NCBI GenBank assembly: GCA_012295275.1
Contig: CM022670.1
Coordinates: 13,640,001 to 13,704,000, forward strand
DNA from: Chrysomallon squamiferum
Taxonomy: Eukaryota; Animalia; Mollusca
Direction of reading: 5' to 3'
Length of the DNA stretch: 64,000 nucleotides
The translations under genes and the position numbers were made by a program. The notes below the pieces were generated by a model. It had not been told where the DNA came from, did not search any database, and saw nothing but the letters and a program-made list of their open reading frames with translations. Shown here in pieces: positions 28,662 to 43,859 of this stretch. Position 1 is the first letter of the stretch. Every line of letters begins with the position of its first letter.

Positions 28662-29948
28662 AATAGAAGTGAAATGTTTTTATACTTTATTCTAACTAAT
28701 GAAAATCTTATAATTTTAATTAGAAAAATAATACAGGTTGTAATAATTACATGTCTTGATGAAGTAATTTATTAAGATTTTTCCTTTTTTATTTGATCAT
28801 AAACAACAAGTTTATCTTTACATTGACATCATAAGTTATTATATTACATAACATTACATCACAATTATTTAATAGGACCTTTAATGCTCAAATATAGTGA
28901 ATTCTTATTAAAATAACATTCATTCAGACATTTTTATATGTTTACATAAATGTTTGTTTATTCAGTTCAGGAGTATCAGATAATGGAGTGCTCGCGTAAC
29001 CTTCCCATGTGGGTTCAGGGTTCAGGAAAGGATGGAAAGATTGACCAAGCTTTTGCATTCCTGCCTCAGAGCCTCGACAGAACCAGTCTGTGTCACCCAT
29101 CTGTGTCAGACATGTTTGAAAACATTGACGTTCACAGACTCTGCTTTCTTGTTGGTTCGTGTCCATTATTTGGCTCTCCCAGTTTTTGTGTCATTGCTTA
29201 TTATTTTAATCTTTTATTATCTTGATTAATTTCAGATATATTAATTTTGTGTTCTTGTTTTGTAAATCGTTGTGATTTAAATCTTGCTGCTATATAATTT
29301 TCAAATATAGTTTTCAAATCTGATGTCCATACTATTTTATGATGCATAACACACATACCCATACACAGGCACACACATATACTTTTTTTTTTTTCTGGTG
29401 GCTTACTTCTAACTAACATCAACAATAATTTTCAAAAAGGAAAGAAAGAAATAAGAATAAATAATTATTTTCTTTACTTCTTGTTCTTTGTGTGTGTGTG
29501 TATCTGTGTGTGTGTTTGTGTATATGTGTGTGTGCTTCTATGATACATGTGAGTAATTTTGAGTAACATCTGTCTTAGACTCAGAACATGGGATTTTTTC
29601 ATTTATTTGTGGGTTTATAAATTATCTCTTACAGATCAGGTTTTTTTTGCTCTTGATCTGGAGGAGCTGCTGGACATACCCATTCACTTTGTGAACATCC
29701 CACCTATCACACCCAAACCTCCACTCAAAGCCAGCCTAATGTATGCAAATATATTCTCTGGCTGGACCTACACCACACTCATTGCCACAAAGGTAATTTA
29801 TTTATTTAATTCTTTTATTTATTTATTTATTTATTTATTACTTATTTATTTATATACTTAGTTAATTAGTTAGTTACTTTGTAACATACTTAGTTATTTA
29901 CTTTACTTTTTTATTTTATTTTAATTATATACTAATTAATTAATTAGT

Positions 29949-29995
<47 letters not shown>

Positions 29996-32900
29996 TTTTA
30001 TAACTATATATATTTTTTTTTTTTTGTTCTCTTATTATTTATTAATTTAAATGCAAACTCTAGCTTAAAGCATTTTGAAATTTTTTGGAACCAATATATT
30101 CATAACAATTTGTGTGTGGTTTTTTTCTTAACAGTATATGTCATATTTTTTATTTACTTGTTTATTTTATTTTTTTAAATATTTTTTAAAAATATTTTTT
30201 TGATGTTATGTCAGAATTACAAATATTTATTTTCATATTTTATCTTAGTTGTTGCTGCCACTGTGTGATAAAGTTTTTCCAGGTGGTCGGCCTGACTTTT
30301 CTAGAGAACAGGTGAGACAATACAAGATTTGTGTTATTTCTAAACAGACAGGTGTACTGTGAGACACTGTTTGACAATAGGTGCAGTAAAGCTAAACTTG
30401 AGTACTTTAAATTTTAAAAACTGTATCTTATAAAATTATCACAGTTTGTAATATTATGATACAGTAAAAATCTTACTACAGTCAGAAATAAGTTTATTAT
30501 ATTAATGGCAAACTTTGCTAGTCTCTATTAAAAAGTTCTGTTAAAGTCAAACGTTGTAACTGATAAATCAGGAATTTTTCTAATGATTATTAAATACCTG
30601 AAGAAGAATGGTTTTGCTAAAAAAAGAAAAAAAAAAAAAGGATCAATCTTGTTTCTGATTTATTTATTTATTATTTGTCAATTTATTTATTTATTTATTT
30701 ATTTCACAAACAGCTAGAAGTGATGATGTACCAGTTGTTGCAGATTTACACTGCACAGTGCCACATCATCGCTGAGCAGTACGGCAGTCTGCAGAATCAA
30801 CACATGTACAACTCGGGCACAGCCAAGATCAACAGTGCCATCAGCTATGACGACGTGAATGTCAAGACCACGGTGGATGTTGAAGATTCGTCCTACCTGC
30901 TGAAAAGAAAATTCCGCAACCACTGCCTGTGTAAAACACACCTGTGGACGCTGGAGAAAACCAGCATGTCTGACGAGGTGAGTGTGGACCTGACCATGAG
31001 CTGCTTCACGCCCTACGAAGAGACTGTCAACTGCTTCGCTCGAGACCTCTACACAGTCAAGTCCCTGCCTCCAGACCTGTTTGAGAAATTTTCAAATCTG
31101 CAGTACTTCTCCCTTGACGTCTGTGAGGCCATGAAGAGACTTCCCGAAGGAATATCCGGATGCAGACGTCTGTCCACCATTTCCCTCTGCAACATCGCCC
31201 TCACGTCGACTGCCTCCCGACATTTTTGTGACTCCTCAGCTGGAAAACCTCACCTGTTCCAACCTCATGGTCAAGACATTGCCTGGTCAGTGGCCTGTGT
31301 CCAGCAAACTGACCAGACTGGTGTTATCAGGTTTGCAGTTGGAAGCAGTTCCCAAGGAAATCTGCAAGTTGCAGGAGTTGCACTATTTGGATCTCAGTTT
31401 CAATCCACTGACTGATCTGCCCATTGAGTTTGGAGAACTAAAGAAGCTGAAGAGTCTTTCGCTCTGTGGTAATAATTTTCTTTTATCTACTATATCTTTA
31501 GTAATGTCTTGTGTTTGTATAGCATATATTCTAATAACTATTTTGTTTTGTATATTTTTAAGCTTTTTTCTGTTTTTCTTTTTTTTTTTTTTTTTTTTAG
31601 GTACATTAATAATATTTTTGTGCAGTAAATATATAAAATAACTGAGAAAAACAGTTTTGTGCACAATATATTCATGGCAATAAATTACTCATGATGTATA
31701 TGTGTTAATGATCTTTTGTGCAAGAATGACAAAATCTAGATATTTAATTTTTGAGATTTTGGGGGTATTTTCATGAAAACAATGAATGTGTTTGTAAGAA
31801 AACATATCAAGAATTTATCAAAAAAAATTCTCAAATAAAGTGGAATTTTTTTATCATTTTAAATTGTCAATTATATTATAAGTTTAAACATAGATAATTT
31901 TACTTGAATATTTAATTAATTATTTTCCCATCAATTCCAACGTAATTAAGTAACTAAAATTGTATGGAAACATAATAGGTGTCTGAAATAATATTGTGAC
32001 TGTTTGTTTCAGGAATGCCTTGGATTTCAATGGACCATAACAAAACCATCACCTTTGACATTTACACAGACTGGTTCAATGACAGACCATACATACAAAA
32101 CTTTTTGTCAAAAGAGGTAATGTGAATACCTACAAACCTTTTTCATATTTTCCTTAATTATTTGTATTTATTTTCTACATGTGGTGAAAAGAGAATAATA
32201 GAAATAACATTTAAAAAAAAAAAATAAAATGAATAAATATAATTTTGTACTTTATTCATAAATAGATTTGATATTTTAATATTCAGTTAAATAACAAAAC
32301 AGCAGGAAGAAAGTGTTTATTTTGTTTGTGTCTAAAACTGAATGATGTTTTATATCTTATCAGAAAATCATGCAGATGTATTCAGAATGTGATGTCAGCA
32401 AAAATGGAATGCTTGATGTAGAAGATATTGCAAGGTTAAATCTCAGACTGTTCTGGGAAATTCCAAGAATTGGATCCAAAAACCTGAGTGAGTAGCATTC
32501 TGCTGATGATAAATGTTGCTTGTTTTTTTTTGTTTTTTTTTTTTCAATCTAATTATTTTATTCAATAAGAAGAATTCAATTGATTAAACTCACTAACATT
32601 TATGATTATGTCAAATATTATTTGTTTGGCACCAAGTACTTACTAAAATTAATTTTTATTTTTATTTTCTATAATTTTAATTTTTTTTATTATTATTATT
32701 ATTTATTAGTTTTTATAGCCTTAACAAAAATCTTATTATGCATTTTCCAGATGATGAAGAATATGGTGGTATTCCGCCTGCGATATTTCTGCTTACCTCC
32801 CTTGAAGAGCTCTTTCTTGACCACCAGGCTATTGTTGCTGTTCCTGCCTACATGTGTCGTCTGCTCAACTTGAGGGTTCTCAGTCTGACAAATAACCCTT

Positions 32901-35900
32901 TGTTGGAAAGTTTGCCTGGTTCCTTAGGACATTTACCAAATATAAGAAGTAAATGCAACAGTTTAATCCGATTTGATAAAATTAAAATTGTTTTTAAAAT
33001 TTGTAACCTGTATTGAGACCTGGCCATATATTTTATAGTTATAAATATTTCATATATAGATGGCAATATTGTAAATTATCATCAGTAAAAAAAAGTTTAA
33101 AGAAAATATGTTGACACAGAGAAAAAAAAAGAAAATATCTAACAATATAATTTTGAGTTGGCAGTGTTTATTTATATTTGTAACAACAAAATGTATTTAA
33201 TTGTATAAAAAAAAAAAGCTCTAGGTTTCTTCACTGTATAAAGTGCACATGCAGCTCCAGTTTTAAAGGATAATAACACAGAAGGCTGATAAGAAGATTT
33301 AAAAAAAATATTATTAGAAACTGTGTTCTGAAGTACATGAGTTCATGAGAAAATGTTTTATAGTAAAGTTATTAGACATTTTTGTTTTTGTGTTAAAATA
33401 ATAATTTATTTTCAGACATGTTTTGTTAAAAGAAATTCCTCACTGTTGTGTTTTTCAGGCATTGATCTGATGAGCTGCCCGTCTCTGTGCACTCCGCCTA
33501 ACGAGGTGGTGAGTCGAGGGTTCGAGTCTGTCAAGGCCTATCTCAAACGTCTGGCAGGAGGATTTGCCGTGTGTCGCAGAACAAAACTCATGTTTGTTGG
33601 TCTTGGAGGAGCAGGGAAAACAAGGTACAATTCTGGCATCATTTTCACATTTTAATAAAATAATAATAAAAATATAAAAAGGAGATAAAAAATAAATAAT
33701 AATAATAAAGTAATTCATATTATTTTATAGGTTATCCATGGTTTGGTAGGGCACTATCTGTCTATTTTAAAAATTTGTAATTTCTAGTCTTCTGAAAGCT
33801 CTAATGAGTCCTAAAAGAGGACAGATGGGACAAAGGGAGAAGCAATCACTGATGGAATTATTATCCAGCCATGGACAATCAAAAATAGTGATGGTCTGGA
33901 GGTCACCTACAATACCTGGGACTTTGCTGGTCAAACCCTGTACTACAACACACATCAGGTTGGTATAAACATTCACCAACAACTGAATCACACTTTCTGA
34001 TTGTATTACATCAAGTCAGAAGAATGTTCACCAAGTTCCTATTTGATTGTTTTTAGTGATCATCCTCTGATTTATTCATATTTATACTCATCCTCTGAGT
34101 TCTGATTTGTTCATATTAATACTCATCCTCTGAGTTCTGTCAACATTTTGTATTTGTTGATGTCAGATTTAGGATTAAAATCAAGCAGGAATCCACTAGA
34201 CTCTATATTTGAAATTGCCACACTTACCTGCTTGATTTGATAAGCCAAGGGAGAGAACCCTAAAGCTAAGTCAGCAGCACATTTTCATTAGAACTCTTTA
34301 TCTTATCAGACACTGTTTGTTATTATAATATTTTTGGGGATTAACTAAATTTGTTAATTATATTAAATAAACTTATGCAGATGACAACATATTTGTAAAT
34401 TATTTGTATTTCAGTTCTTTCTCTCAAAGAGAGCCATCTATCTCTTACTGTGGTCAACCAGACAAGGATTTGAACATGCTGGACTTGACTTCTGGCTTAG
34501 TTCTGTGGCCTGTCACGCCCCCCACACTCCCATTTTTGTAGTTGGCACTCACTGTGATCAGGTAGAATCTTTTTTTTATTATATATGTGAAATATTAACG
34601 ATATTCCACTGATACACTGATACACTCATCATTTAAAATGACTTGTTTGAGGACTAGTTTAGCTCGAATATTGAAATAATTTTATGTATGTAAAAATTAT
34701 TTTATCTCTATATATTATTATGTAAATGTCTCTTTATGTCAGTTTTATTATGTGTTACAATTCATTTTTTTTTTTTTTTTTCTATTTTATTAATAATGTA
34801 TCTGTCAAATTAAATTTTATTTAGTTAATAACATCTTGTAATGCTAATGGTATTGTTATATAATAAAAATGATTTTCTTATGTACAGGCAGCAGATTAGA
34901 ATGATTTAGTGAATGGTTTCCAAAAATGTTAATTGTTTTATTTACTTGCTTTTTTATTTCTAGGTTCTGCCTTCAGACATTCTTTGTGTTATTAAAGATC
35001 TGAATCAAATAAAATGTTTTTATATATAACTATATAATTAATAAAATATAACTTTTTTAATAATATAATTATTATACAGGTACCTAAAGCTGATATTCCT
35101 CAACACCAGCTTAAAGAACGCTACCCACAGATTGTTGGTTTTCATTTTATCAGTTCTGTGCAAGGAAAGGTATGTACAAATTTTATTCTGTTTCTAGAAT
35201 GTTGCAACTGAATGAAATTTATAAACCCTGTCTCTAAAACTCCATTACTAGATGTGTTATTAAAGAAACTGAAATGGTAACAAGTTATTCAAATCCACAA
35301 AGGTGATATATATGTACACCTATTAAACTGTTTGCAACAGGAAAATACGTTGTCTCAAATAGAACCCACCTGACACATACTCAGCCACAGTCTTCCACTC
35401 TGAAATGTTAAATGAAATTAAAACAACCAACTCCATTTCTAGATATGTGGATTTATAATGTGTTTTGGAACATTAATGAGACCTGTGTGATATTATAACT
35501 ACAGGGGATAGCTGAACTGGAGCAGAAAATGCTGGAAGTGACTCTGGCCCAGAAAAATATGGGGGAGAAAATTCCTCAAGTTTGGTTGAGTCTGGAAGAG
35601 AAAATATTAACGTAAGTCGCTGTTCATTAGACATTGATATGTTATTTATTTCTTCAGCAACCAATACACATATATCTGATATGACTATCAGAAAAATGAT
35701 AAAACATCTTTACCAACACCAACACCAACACCACCCAAAACCCCCCAAAAATAAAACATTATTTTTTCAGGCTATATTAAATGCATTGTTATTTTTGAAA
35801 TAATTAATAATATCTAAGGTGGTGAAAGTATGTAGTCTAAATAATCTTACCAAACAAAGAGTATTTGTGTTTTTGTTTTTATTTGAAGTATTTGATTGTT

Positions 35901-37154
35901 TTTATTAATATTTTCCCACAGAGCCCGTAGACAGAAAAGTATTTTAGAGTGGGGAGACATCAAAGCCTATGGAATGGATGTTGGAATCTATGATGAGAAA
36001 GATGTAATGAAGACAGTCTCCTGTGTTACATATCTTTATTCCAATAATTCCATAATATAAAGCTGACATTTAAGGAATTTAAATATTTTTGTTAAATTAA
36101 TTTGGTTAAACTGCTACACTGAGTCATTGAATAGTTGTAATTAAATAAGTTTACTTATTTCGTTACATGAAACGAACCTCTCAAACTGATCTAGTAAGTG
36201 TACTATAGTATTTGTATTTTAAAACCAAACTGAAGCCTTTAAGCTTTAGGAACATACAAAACTTAACTTCACATGCAGTTCAGATCCATCACCTAGATTT
36301 TAAGTTTTTTTTTTTTTTTAATATTTATTATTATTTTAATTCATTTATATTAGTACTTTTAACAATGTTTGACCCATGATCAAAATATTATTTAATTCCA
36401 TAATTTGATTGTTATAATAGTTTTTTGTCCTTAGTGTTTTATTTTAGTTACAGTAATAATTTTAACAGTGAATGGCCCATTTTCAAAAAAATGTTTAAAT
36501 GTTCTGACATGAGGATTTCTATTTGTTATCTAATCCATGATTCACAATAGTCTATATTCTGTCAAATGACAAATCAAACTTGGATTCACTAATCTGACAC
36601 TAAAATTTCTGTGGTGCTCTGAAAACCAGGATGTAATCCATTTTCTTAAAAAAAAACTTTTGAGAATTACTTTATGATGCATTTCTGTTTTAGATAAGGG
36701 AGGCAATCCAGTTCCTGCATGAACTTGGGACAGTACAGTATTTTGACAACGACTTCCTTCGTGATCACGTCGTCATCAATCCACAGTGGATTGTCAACGT
36801 CATGTCATGTGTGGTGTCAGTGAAAAACTCACCAATCCAGGTAAAAAAATTAATTTTGTTTTGTTTGTAATTTGTTTAATTTATTTCAGGCTTGTGAATT
36901 TGAAAATTACAGAAAATAATTGTAGGTTTTGAAATCAACATAAAATATCAAAAGCAAAGAAATAATAAACAAATTAATGCACACACACACACACACATTT
37001 TTGTTTTAATAATAATATATATATACACACACACCTACATCACATATATATATACACATATACATATACACACATACATATACATACATACATACATATA
37101 TATAAATATATATACACAAATACATACATATATATATATACATACATACATACA

Positions 37155-37190
<36 letters not shown>

Positions 37191-38563
37191 CATACACACA
37201 CACATATACATTAACATTTATTTATTTATTTATTTATTTAATACAGCTAAATACTTCTACCTCTGATACACCAGACATCCTGCTTTAAATAATATGGAAT
37301 AAAAATTAATTTAAATTTTTTTTTTTTTTTTTTATTTAAAATATCTGATTCATAATGTTGCATTTCAGGACAAAAATGGTCGCTTTGAACACGTAGACAT
37401 CCCAGTTGTGTGGAAGAACTACCCTGTGTCTCTGCACAACTGGTTGTTACAGCTGACTGAGGAGTTTGATTTGACATTTCCCATACCCAGTGAACCTGTC
37501 AACATAGTGCCATGCCTTCTTCCTCACGAGGTTCCAAAAAATGTTAGTTTGGTTAATATTGCCATGTTTTTATATATTCCTGTTTTTATAGATTTTAGCA
37601 TTTATTTTTAAGCAGGTGGGTTTATTGATTTAATTTTTTTTGGATAAAATCATAGGTTAATAAAATAATGATTAAATTAACATTATAATCATCGTCATCA
37701 TCAATATTATTATGCTTTCAGATGTAATCATTCTAAAAAGAAATTATAATGTCCATTGTTTGACACTGAAAATTCATCCTTTCTTTAATTAACTCTGCCA
37801 TTGTTAAAAAAGGATTTTAACATTACAGTTTCATCTCTGCTTTAATACTGGTGCTACACATTTTGGAATTAACTTTAAATTTTTGAAGTTTTGATTTCTA
37901 TATTTTTTTATTTTTTTTTATTTTTTGTCAGCTTGAATGGCCATCCATAGAGGGACTTGAAGGAATTCGTGAGACAAAGATTGTCTATAAATTTACCTAC
38001 CTGCCTGCTGGACTGTTCAATCGAGCACAGGTGAAAATATTTTTTGGTAAAATTATATGTAATTTTAATTATTTTCAATGATCAAGCTGATGAAGAATTG
38101 TTATTAAAATATTGTTTAATGATTTCCACCTCCCTGAAGAAAAAAATACCATGACAGTTTTTTTATTATATGAATAGTTTGGTCTGATGATTAATTAACT
38201 TTATTTTTTATACAAAGGTAAAAAAAATAATAATAATAAAATAAATAAAACAAATGTAAATTTTTTTTTTTAAATTATTATTTTAAAATAAAACTTTAAA
38301 TTATGATCAATTATAATAAGATTTTTTTTCTTCTGTTTGAATAGTGATTTTTTTTTCATGTAAAAAGAATCAAATAATTTATTTTGATTACTTTGTTAAT
38401 GTATCAGTTTAAATTATTTTATGTTTAGTGTTGAGAATTTAATCCTCAAATAACATTTTTTATGCTAAAAAAATGAAAAAATAAAAACAAAACCATTTTT
38501 TTTTTTTTTGTCTGTCATAAAAAATAAAAAATGGTAATAAGAATACTTTTAAGAGTTAAGTTT

Positions 38564-38607
<44 letters not shown>

Positions 38608-39246
38608 TCAAATTTCTATTTTTAAAAAAAAAGTAATATTCATTATGAAAAGATAATCAAATATTTTATGCATATTAAATTAATTTTGTCTATTAATAAT
38701 GTAATTATCCTTTTAATTATTATTATTAAATTAATGGCTCAGTTTAATTCATGTTGCAGGTCAGGTTATTCCAGTTTTCAAGTAGTACACTGATATGGAA
38801 AAGAGGTTCACTTCTACAGAAAAACAATCATCTTGCACTTATTGAGCAGTCTGGGTGAATATTTACTTTCATACTATCTCTTTCAACTACCACATCATTG
38901 TCAGCGATTGTGTGTGTGTTATTGACGTTTGTTTGTGTATGTGTGTCTGTGTGTGTGAGTGTGTGTGTTGTGTCTGTTGTGGGTGTGTATGAGTGTGTGT
39001 ATGATGTGTGTATGTATGATGAGTTTGTGTGTATAAATATGTGTACGTGTATGTGTGTGTATGTGTATGTGTGTTGTGTATGTTATGTCTTATGTGTGTG
39101 TGTGTGTGTGTGTGTATGATGTGTGTCTGTTGTGGGTGTGTATGAGTGTGTGTATGATGTGTGTATGTATGATGAGTTTGTGTGTATAAATATGTGTATG
39201 TGTGTGTATGTATGTGTATGTGTATGTGTGTTGTGTATGTTATGTC

Positions 39247-39305
<59 letters not shown>

Positions 39306-42300
39306 TGTGTGTGTGTTTGTTTGTTTGTCTTCCTGTCAGGGTATGTGCATGTTATGTGATTAATGTTATAATCTTCATCTGAAAACTATTCCAGAACTTA
39401 CAAATGTTTTTCATCCATTGGATAGTAAGGAAAGTTACTGAAAAATGTTCTGGCTTTAAAAGAAAATGAATGTTCAAATGGTATTATTTGCAGCCCTAAA
39501 AAAAAGTAAATTTGAGAATAATTTAACATTTCAATTTCAGAGATTCTGAACTGATAGTTAAAGTTCAAGGTCCTCGACCTGAAAATGTCATCTTCCTGGT
39601 TCATGAAATATTTGAAAGTTTGATTGAGGAATCATTTCATGGTGTGGTGTACCATTTCCTGGTGCCCTGTCCTGACTGTGTCCTCAATGAGGTTTGTGTC
39701 ACTATCCAGACTCCAGTGTACTTGACATTCCTTAAATAATCTGAAGACAAGCTGATGCTTGAAAACCATAAAATGTCTTTAAATTAATTTTAAAAATTAT
39801 CTAGAACATCCTACAACTAAAATAATTAAACTAATCTTAAAATGTTAATTATGTTATTCTGATTATATAAATCTGAAACAAAATCTTTTTTAATTTCCGA
39901 GATACAGTCAGATGTCATAAAACTTGCAAAATCATTTAATAATTATCCTCAGTTTAAAATCATTTTTTCTTTGAATTATCCCTGAACTGTATTATGGAAT
40001 TTATTCCTGAAGTATCCTAGAAAATGATGTTAATTTACTTATCATCTATCCTGAAAATTAACTGTAATTTACACTTGGAATATCTGTTAATGACATGATA
40101 ATTTAATTGTGGAGGATCAAAGAAAATGATGGTAACTTGTACAAGAAATGTTTTGGAAAATAATGATAATTTCTACTAGAATATTCTGAAAAAAATCATC
40201 TGCACATAATTCTGATATTATTATTATTATTATTATTATTATTTGACTCTCAGGGGACTCTGGAACCCAGCTTGTTTGAGTCAGAGCTTATCAGCCATGC
40301 TAAAGACTGCAAGGCTCCCTTTCTTCAGTGTCGTAAATACTTCCACACAGTATCAATGGGACAGCTTCAAGGTTTGTTTTAAAACTGCTCTTTATGGTTT
40401 CTCACTTAAAAAAATACTTAAAGTAAAATAATATTATAATTAAGTTTAAGAAAGCCCACAAAAAACAATGCCCACAAAAAACAGTGCCCCCAAAAATCCC
40501 CAGACAACCTGTTAGAGAAAGGATATAAATTTAATTCTTCTGTGTTTAAGGAAATACATTTTAATCATTTATTGTACTGCATAAATGCTGACACACAGAT
40601 ATAAATAATGGCCATTTTAAATATGCAACATCAACCACAATATTCTCTGACCAGAGATTAAATGTTAAGTCAACTGACTGAAAATTAAAATGTGCTAGGA
40701 CATACTTGACAATCACAAGCTAGTACTAGATCTAATTTTGGTTTGTGGAAGACCATTACATCCTCTCTTTTCTCTAACCAGGAAACTGAATATCTGGATT
40801 ATGCATCAAAAAGATTTGTGCTTAAATCATCAGAATATACAGATGTTTTAAATGGTTGATAGTTCAATCAAGTTTTATAGTTCCATCAACTTCTGTCCTA
40901 AACTGTTCACCATCCTGTCATCCTGTTACATCACAATGAATAGGGCTGGTTTAGCTTTGTTATTTTGTAGTCACAATGAAAAACAACAATCAATGTGGCT
41001 GATATTTTATTACCAGTCCAGGCTGATATTATTTCCTTATGAAACTCTGATGGTTCTGAAACCTTTACTCACAATAAATTAACAGATGCATCATATTCAA
41101 GTAGTATTTCTTAAATTATGGTATATTTTGTTTTTAAGCAGAGCTCATATACACCATTACCTGTTTCATGTTACGTTATTATTGTGGTTGTTATGGTTAT
41201 TGCTATGGTTGGGTTGTGGTTGTTATTAACATCATGGTTGTTGTGGTTGTAGTCATTATTGTTGTTGTTGTTAATGTCAATTCACGTTTTCCAGATTCTG
41301 TACCTGACGTCAGTGACTTTGACACACAGCTTCACAGTCGAATCATTGCTCTGCAGCAGCTGAATGACGACAGAATGACTGATGTTGCCATACTGTACAG
41401 TGCCTTGGACCTCCCCCACTCCAACAAAGACAATAAAAGCATCAATCCAATCTGGATTAAAAATGATCTTGAGAAGGAGAAATTTTCTGTGTGAGATAAA
41501 ATATTTGATTTATTATTTTATTTTATTTTATTTTATTTTAGATTGTTTTATTTTATTTTATTTTATTCTATTCTATTCTATTCTATTCTATTTTATTCTA
41601 TATTATTTTATTTTATTTTATTTTATTTTATTCTATTCTATTCTATTTTTTTATTTTATTCTATTTTATTTTATTTTATTTTATTTTATTTTATTTTATT
41701 ATTTTTTTTAATACTCAGTAAAATATTGTGTATATAAATAAATATATTATTTTATTATTATTATGTTTTGTTTTATTATTTTATTTTCAAAATATAGTAT
41801 AATAATTTTCCATATTTAATTCAGTTATCTTAAAGATATCAAGTATAATGAAATCAATGGAAAAGCTTTTTACAAATGTTTAGGTTTTATGCTATCCATA
41901 GAGCATAATTATATCATCCTAGTACATGCTGTCTGTCTCTGAGATAAATAATGTAGAAGATATTTTATTGTTAGAAGGCTTTAACTTCATTTATTTCATG
42001 CCTTGTCATCAGTAACAAAATAAATAAATAATTTTTTTTTTATATTGTTAGACATTCATTTATTCATTTCATATAATATTGTGAACCTTATTTTAGATAT
42101 CTTTCTTATTTTTCAGTTGGTTTTGTGATGATATGGAGAAGGTGTCTACCGAAAATTTGGTTTGGGGCATCAAGAATTCAAAGGTAAACAGTCCTAACTA
42201 TTTTTATTTATTTACAAACATCTGATTTTATGAGATAAGTTTGATTTCTGTGCTTAGCTTAAAGGCTATTTTAAGTTTTTTAAGTATCTGATAAAACTTT

Positions 42301-42609
42301 GATTAGTTGAATATAGTTGTCTAGAATATCTAGGGGCATGTTATTTTAAATACATGTACATATAATATGTCATTTATGTGTATTTTGCACAAACATATAT
42401 ATACAAGTCAGTCTGTTTATGTGTACATTATGAATGTGTGGCTATATTTGTCATCCATGTGTACCTGTGTGTCTGTGTAATCAGTATTAATGTGTGCATA
42501 TGTTTGTATATACACATGCACACACATGTATGTATATATACACATACACACACATACATACATAAATACATGCAACATATATATATGTGTGTGTGTGTCT
42601 CTGTGTGTG

Positions 42610-42688
<79 letters not shown>

Positions 42689-43007
42689 ACATTTATTTAT
42701 TTATTTATATATTTTTAGGTTGTTGTTGCGCTGCTGTCTGACAACTTTGAGGGTGACAAGGAGAAGTGTGCAGATATGTTGTGGTATGCTATGGACGGTT
42801 TGAAAAAGCCCTATGTGATCACAGTGATAACAGAAAGCCTTGCATGGCAGGACACCGACCTTGGTATGAAGATCGGAAAACAGGAAGTAAGGAAAATAGC
42901 TATTAATTATTGTTAACAAATACATTGTTTACAGTAATGAAAATGTTTTTGTATGTTTTTATTTAGATTACTTTTATAATGTTTTAATTTAAATACTTAT
43001 TTATTGT

Positions 43008-43041
<34 letters not shown>

Positions 43042-43815
43042 CTTATAAATTAGGCAGTCATTTAAACAATTTTTAGTACCCATTATATGTTCTTTTTAAA
43101 CAGGGTGGAATCTTTTAGAACTGTTTTGGGTTGGAACAAAAGTTCACAGAGTTTTTAAGTGAAATCTAAAGACAATATTTAGATATTTTTACATACATTT
43201 TATTCACTGACATATCTGCCATTTTATTAACATTTCAGAACATGTGTATGTATCATTCACATTTGGAGCAAAATCACATGTCCAAGCACCAGTTGTTGAA
43301 AAACACTACTAATGTATTGTAGCCAACTATTATGGAATGCACATTACTTCTGACTGTATATTTATTGAATTAAATACTTGCTGTGGATTAGACAAAATGT
43401 TAAATAAACCATACTCCATTAACATAAATTTCCATTGCAGTTGATGGTCATGATAAAAAATGAGTCTCGCTACAAAGACAAAGTGAAGGATCTTTTTGAT
43501 ATTGTCAGAGACAGACTTACTGAACTAAATAAAAAGGTGTGTAATCCCTTACTTTTTATTGCATCTCCTGTGTAATACAAACGGTTTTACACTGACTGAT
43601 ATATCACGTAATTACCCAGTCATGTAATGTCAGATTGTAACATACGAATGAATGTGATTTGACAATGCCTTGAAACAATTTATTATTACTAGTATTACTT
43701 ATATGATTCTTGTATAATGTACAGATTTTTTATGATATGGGGATCCCAATGATTTGTATAATATCATTTAATAAAATGGATTCTTTATATATATATACAC
43801 ATACACATTCATACA

Positions 43816-43859
<44 letters not shown>

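Noticed and set aside
27141-31664. Minus-strand ORFs overlapping exons (e.g. 27146-27391, 28942-29166, 30714-30941)
   Set aside because: Antisense shadows of + strand exons, with no motifs or splice chain.
31209-33816. Programmed or compensating frameshift pair (+1 then -1)
   Set aside because: A stop at 31413-31415 lies between them, the intervening exons are clearly LRR in the original frame, and there is no slippery heptamer.
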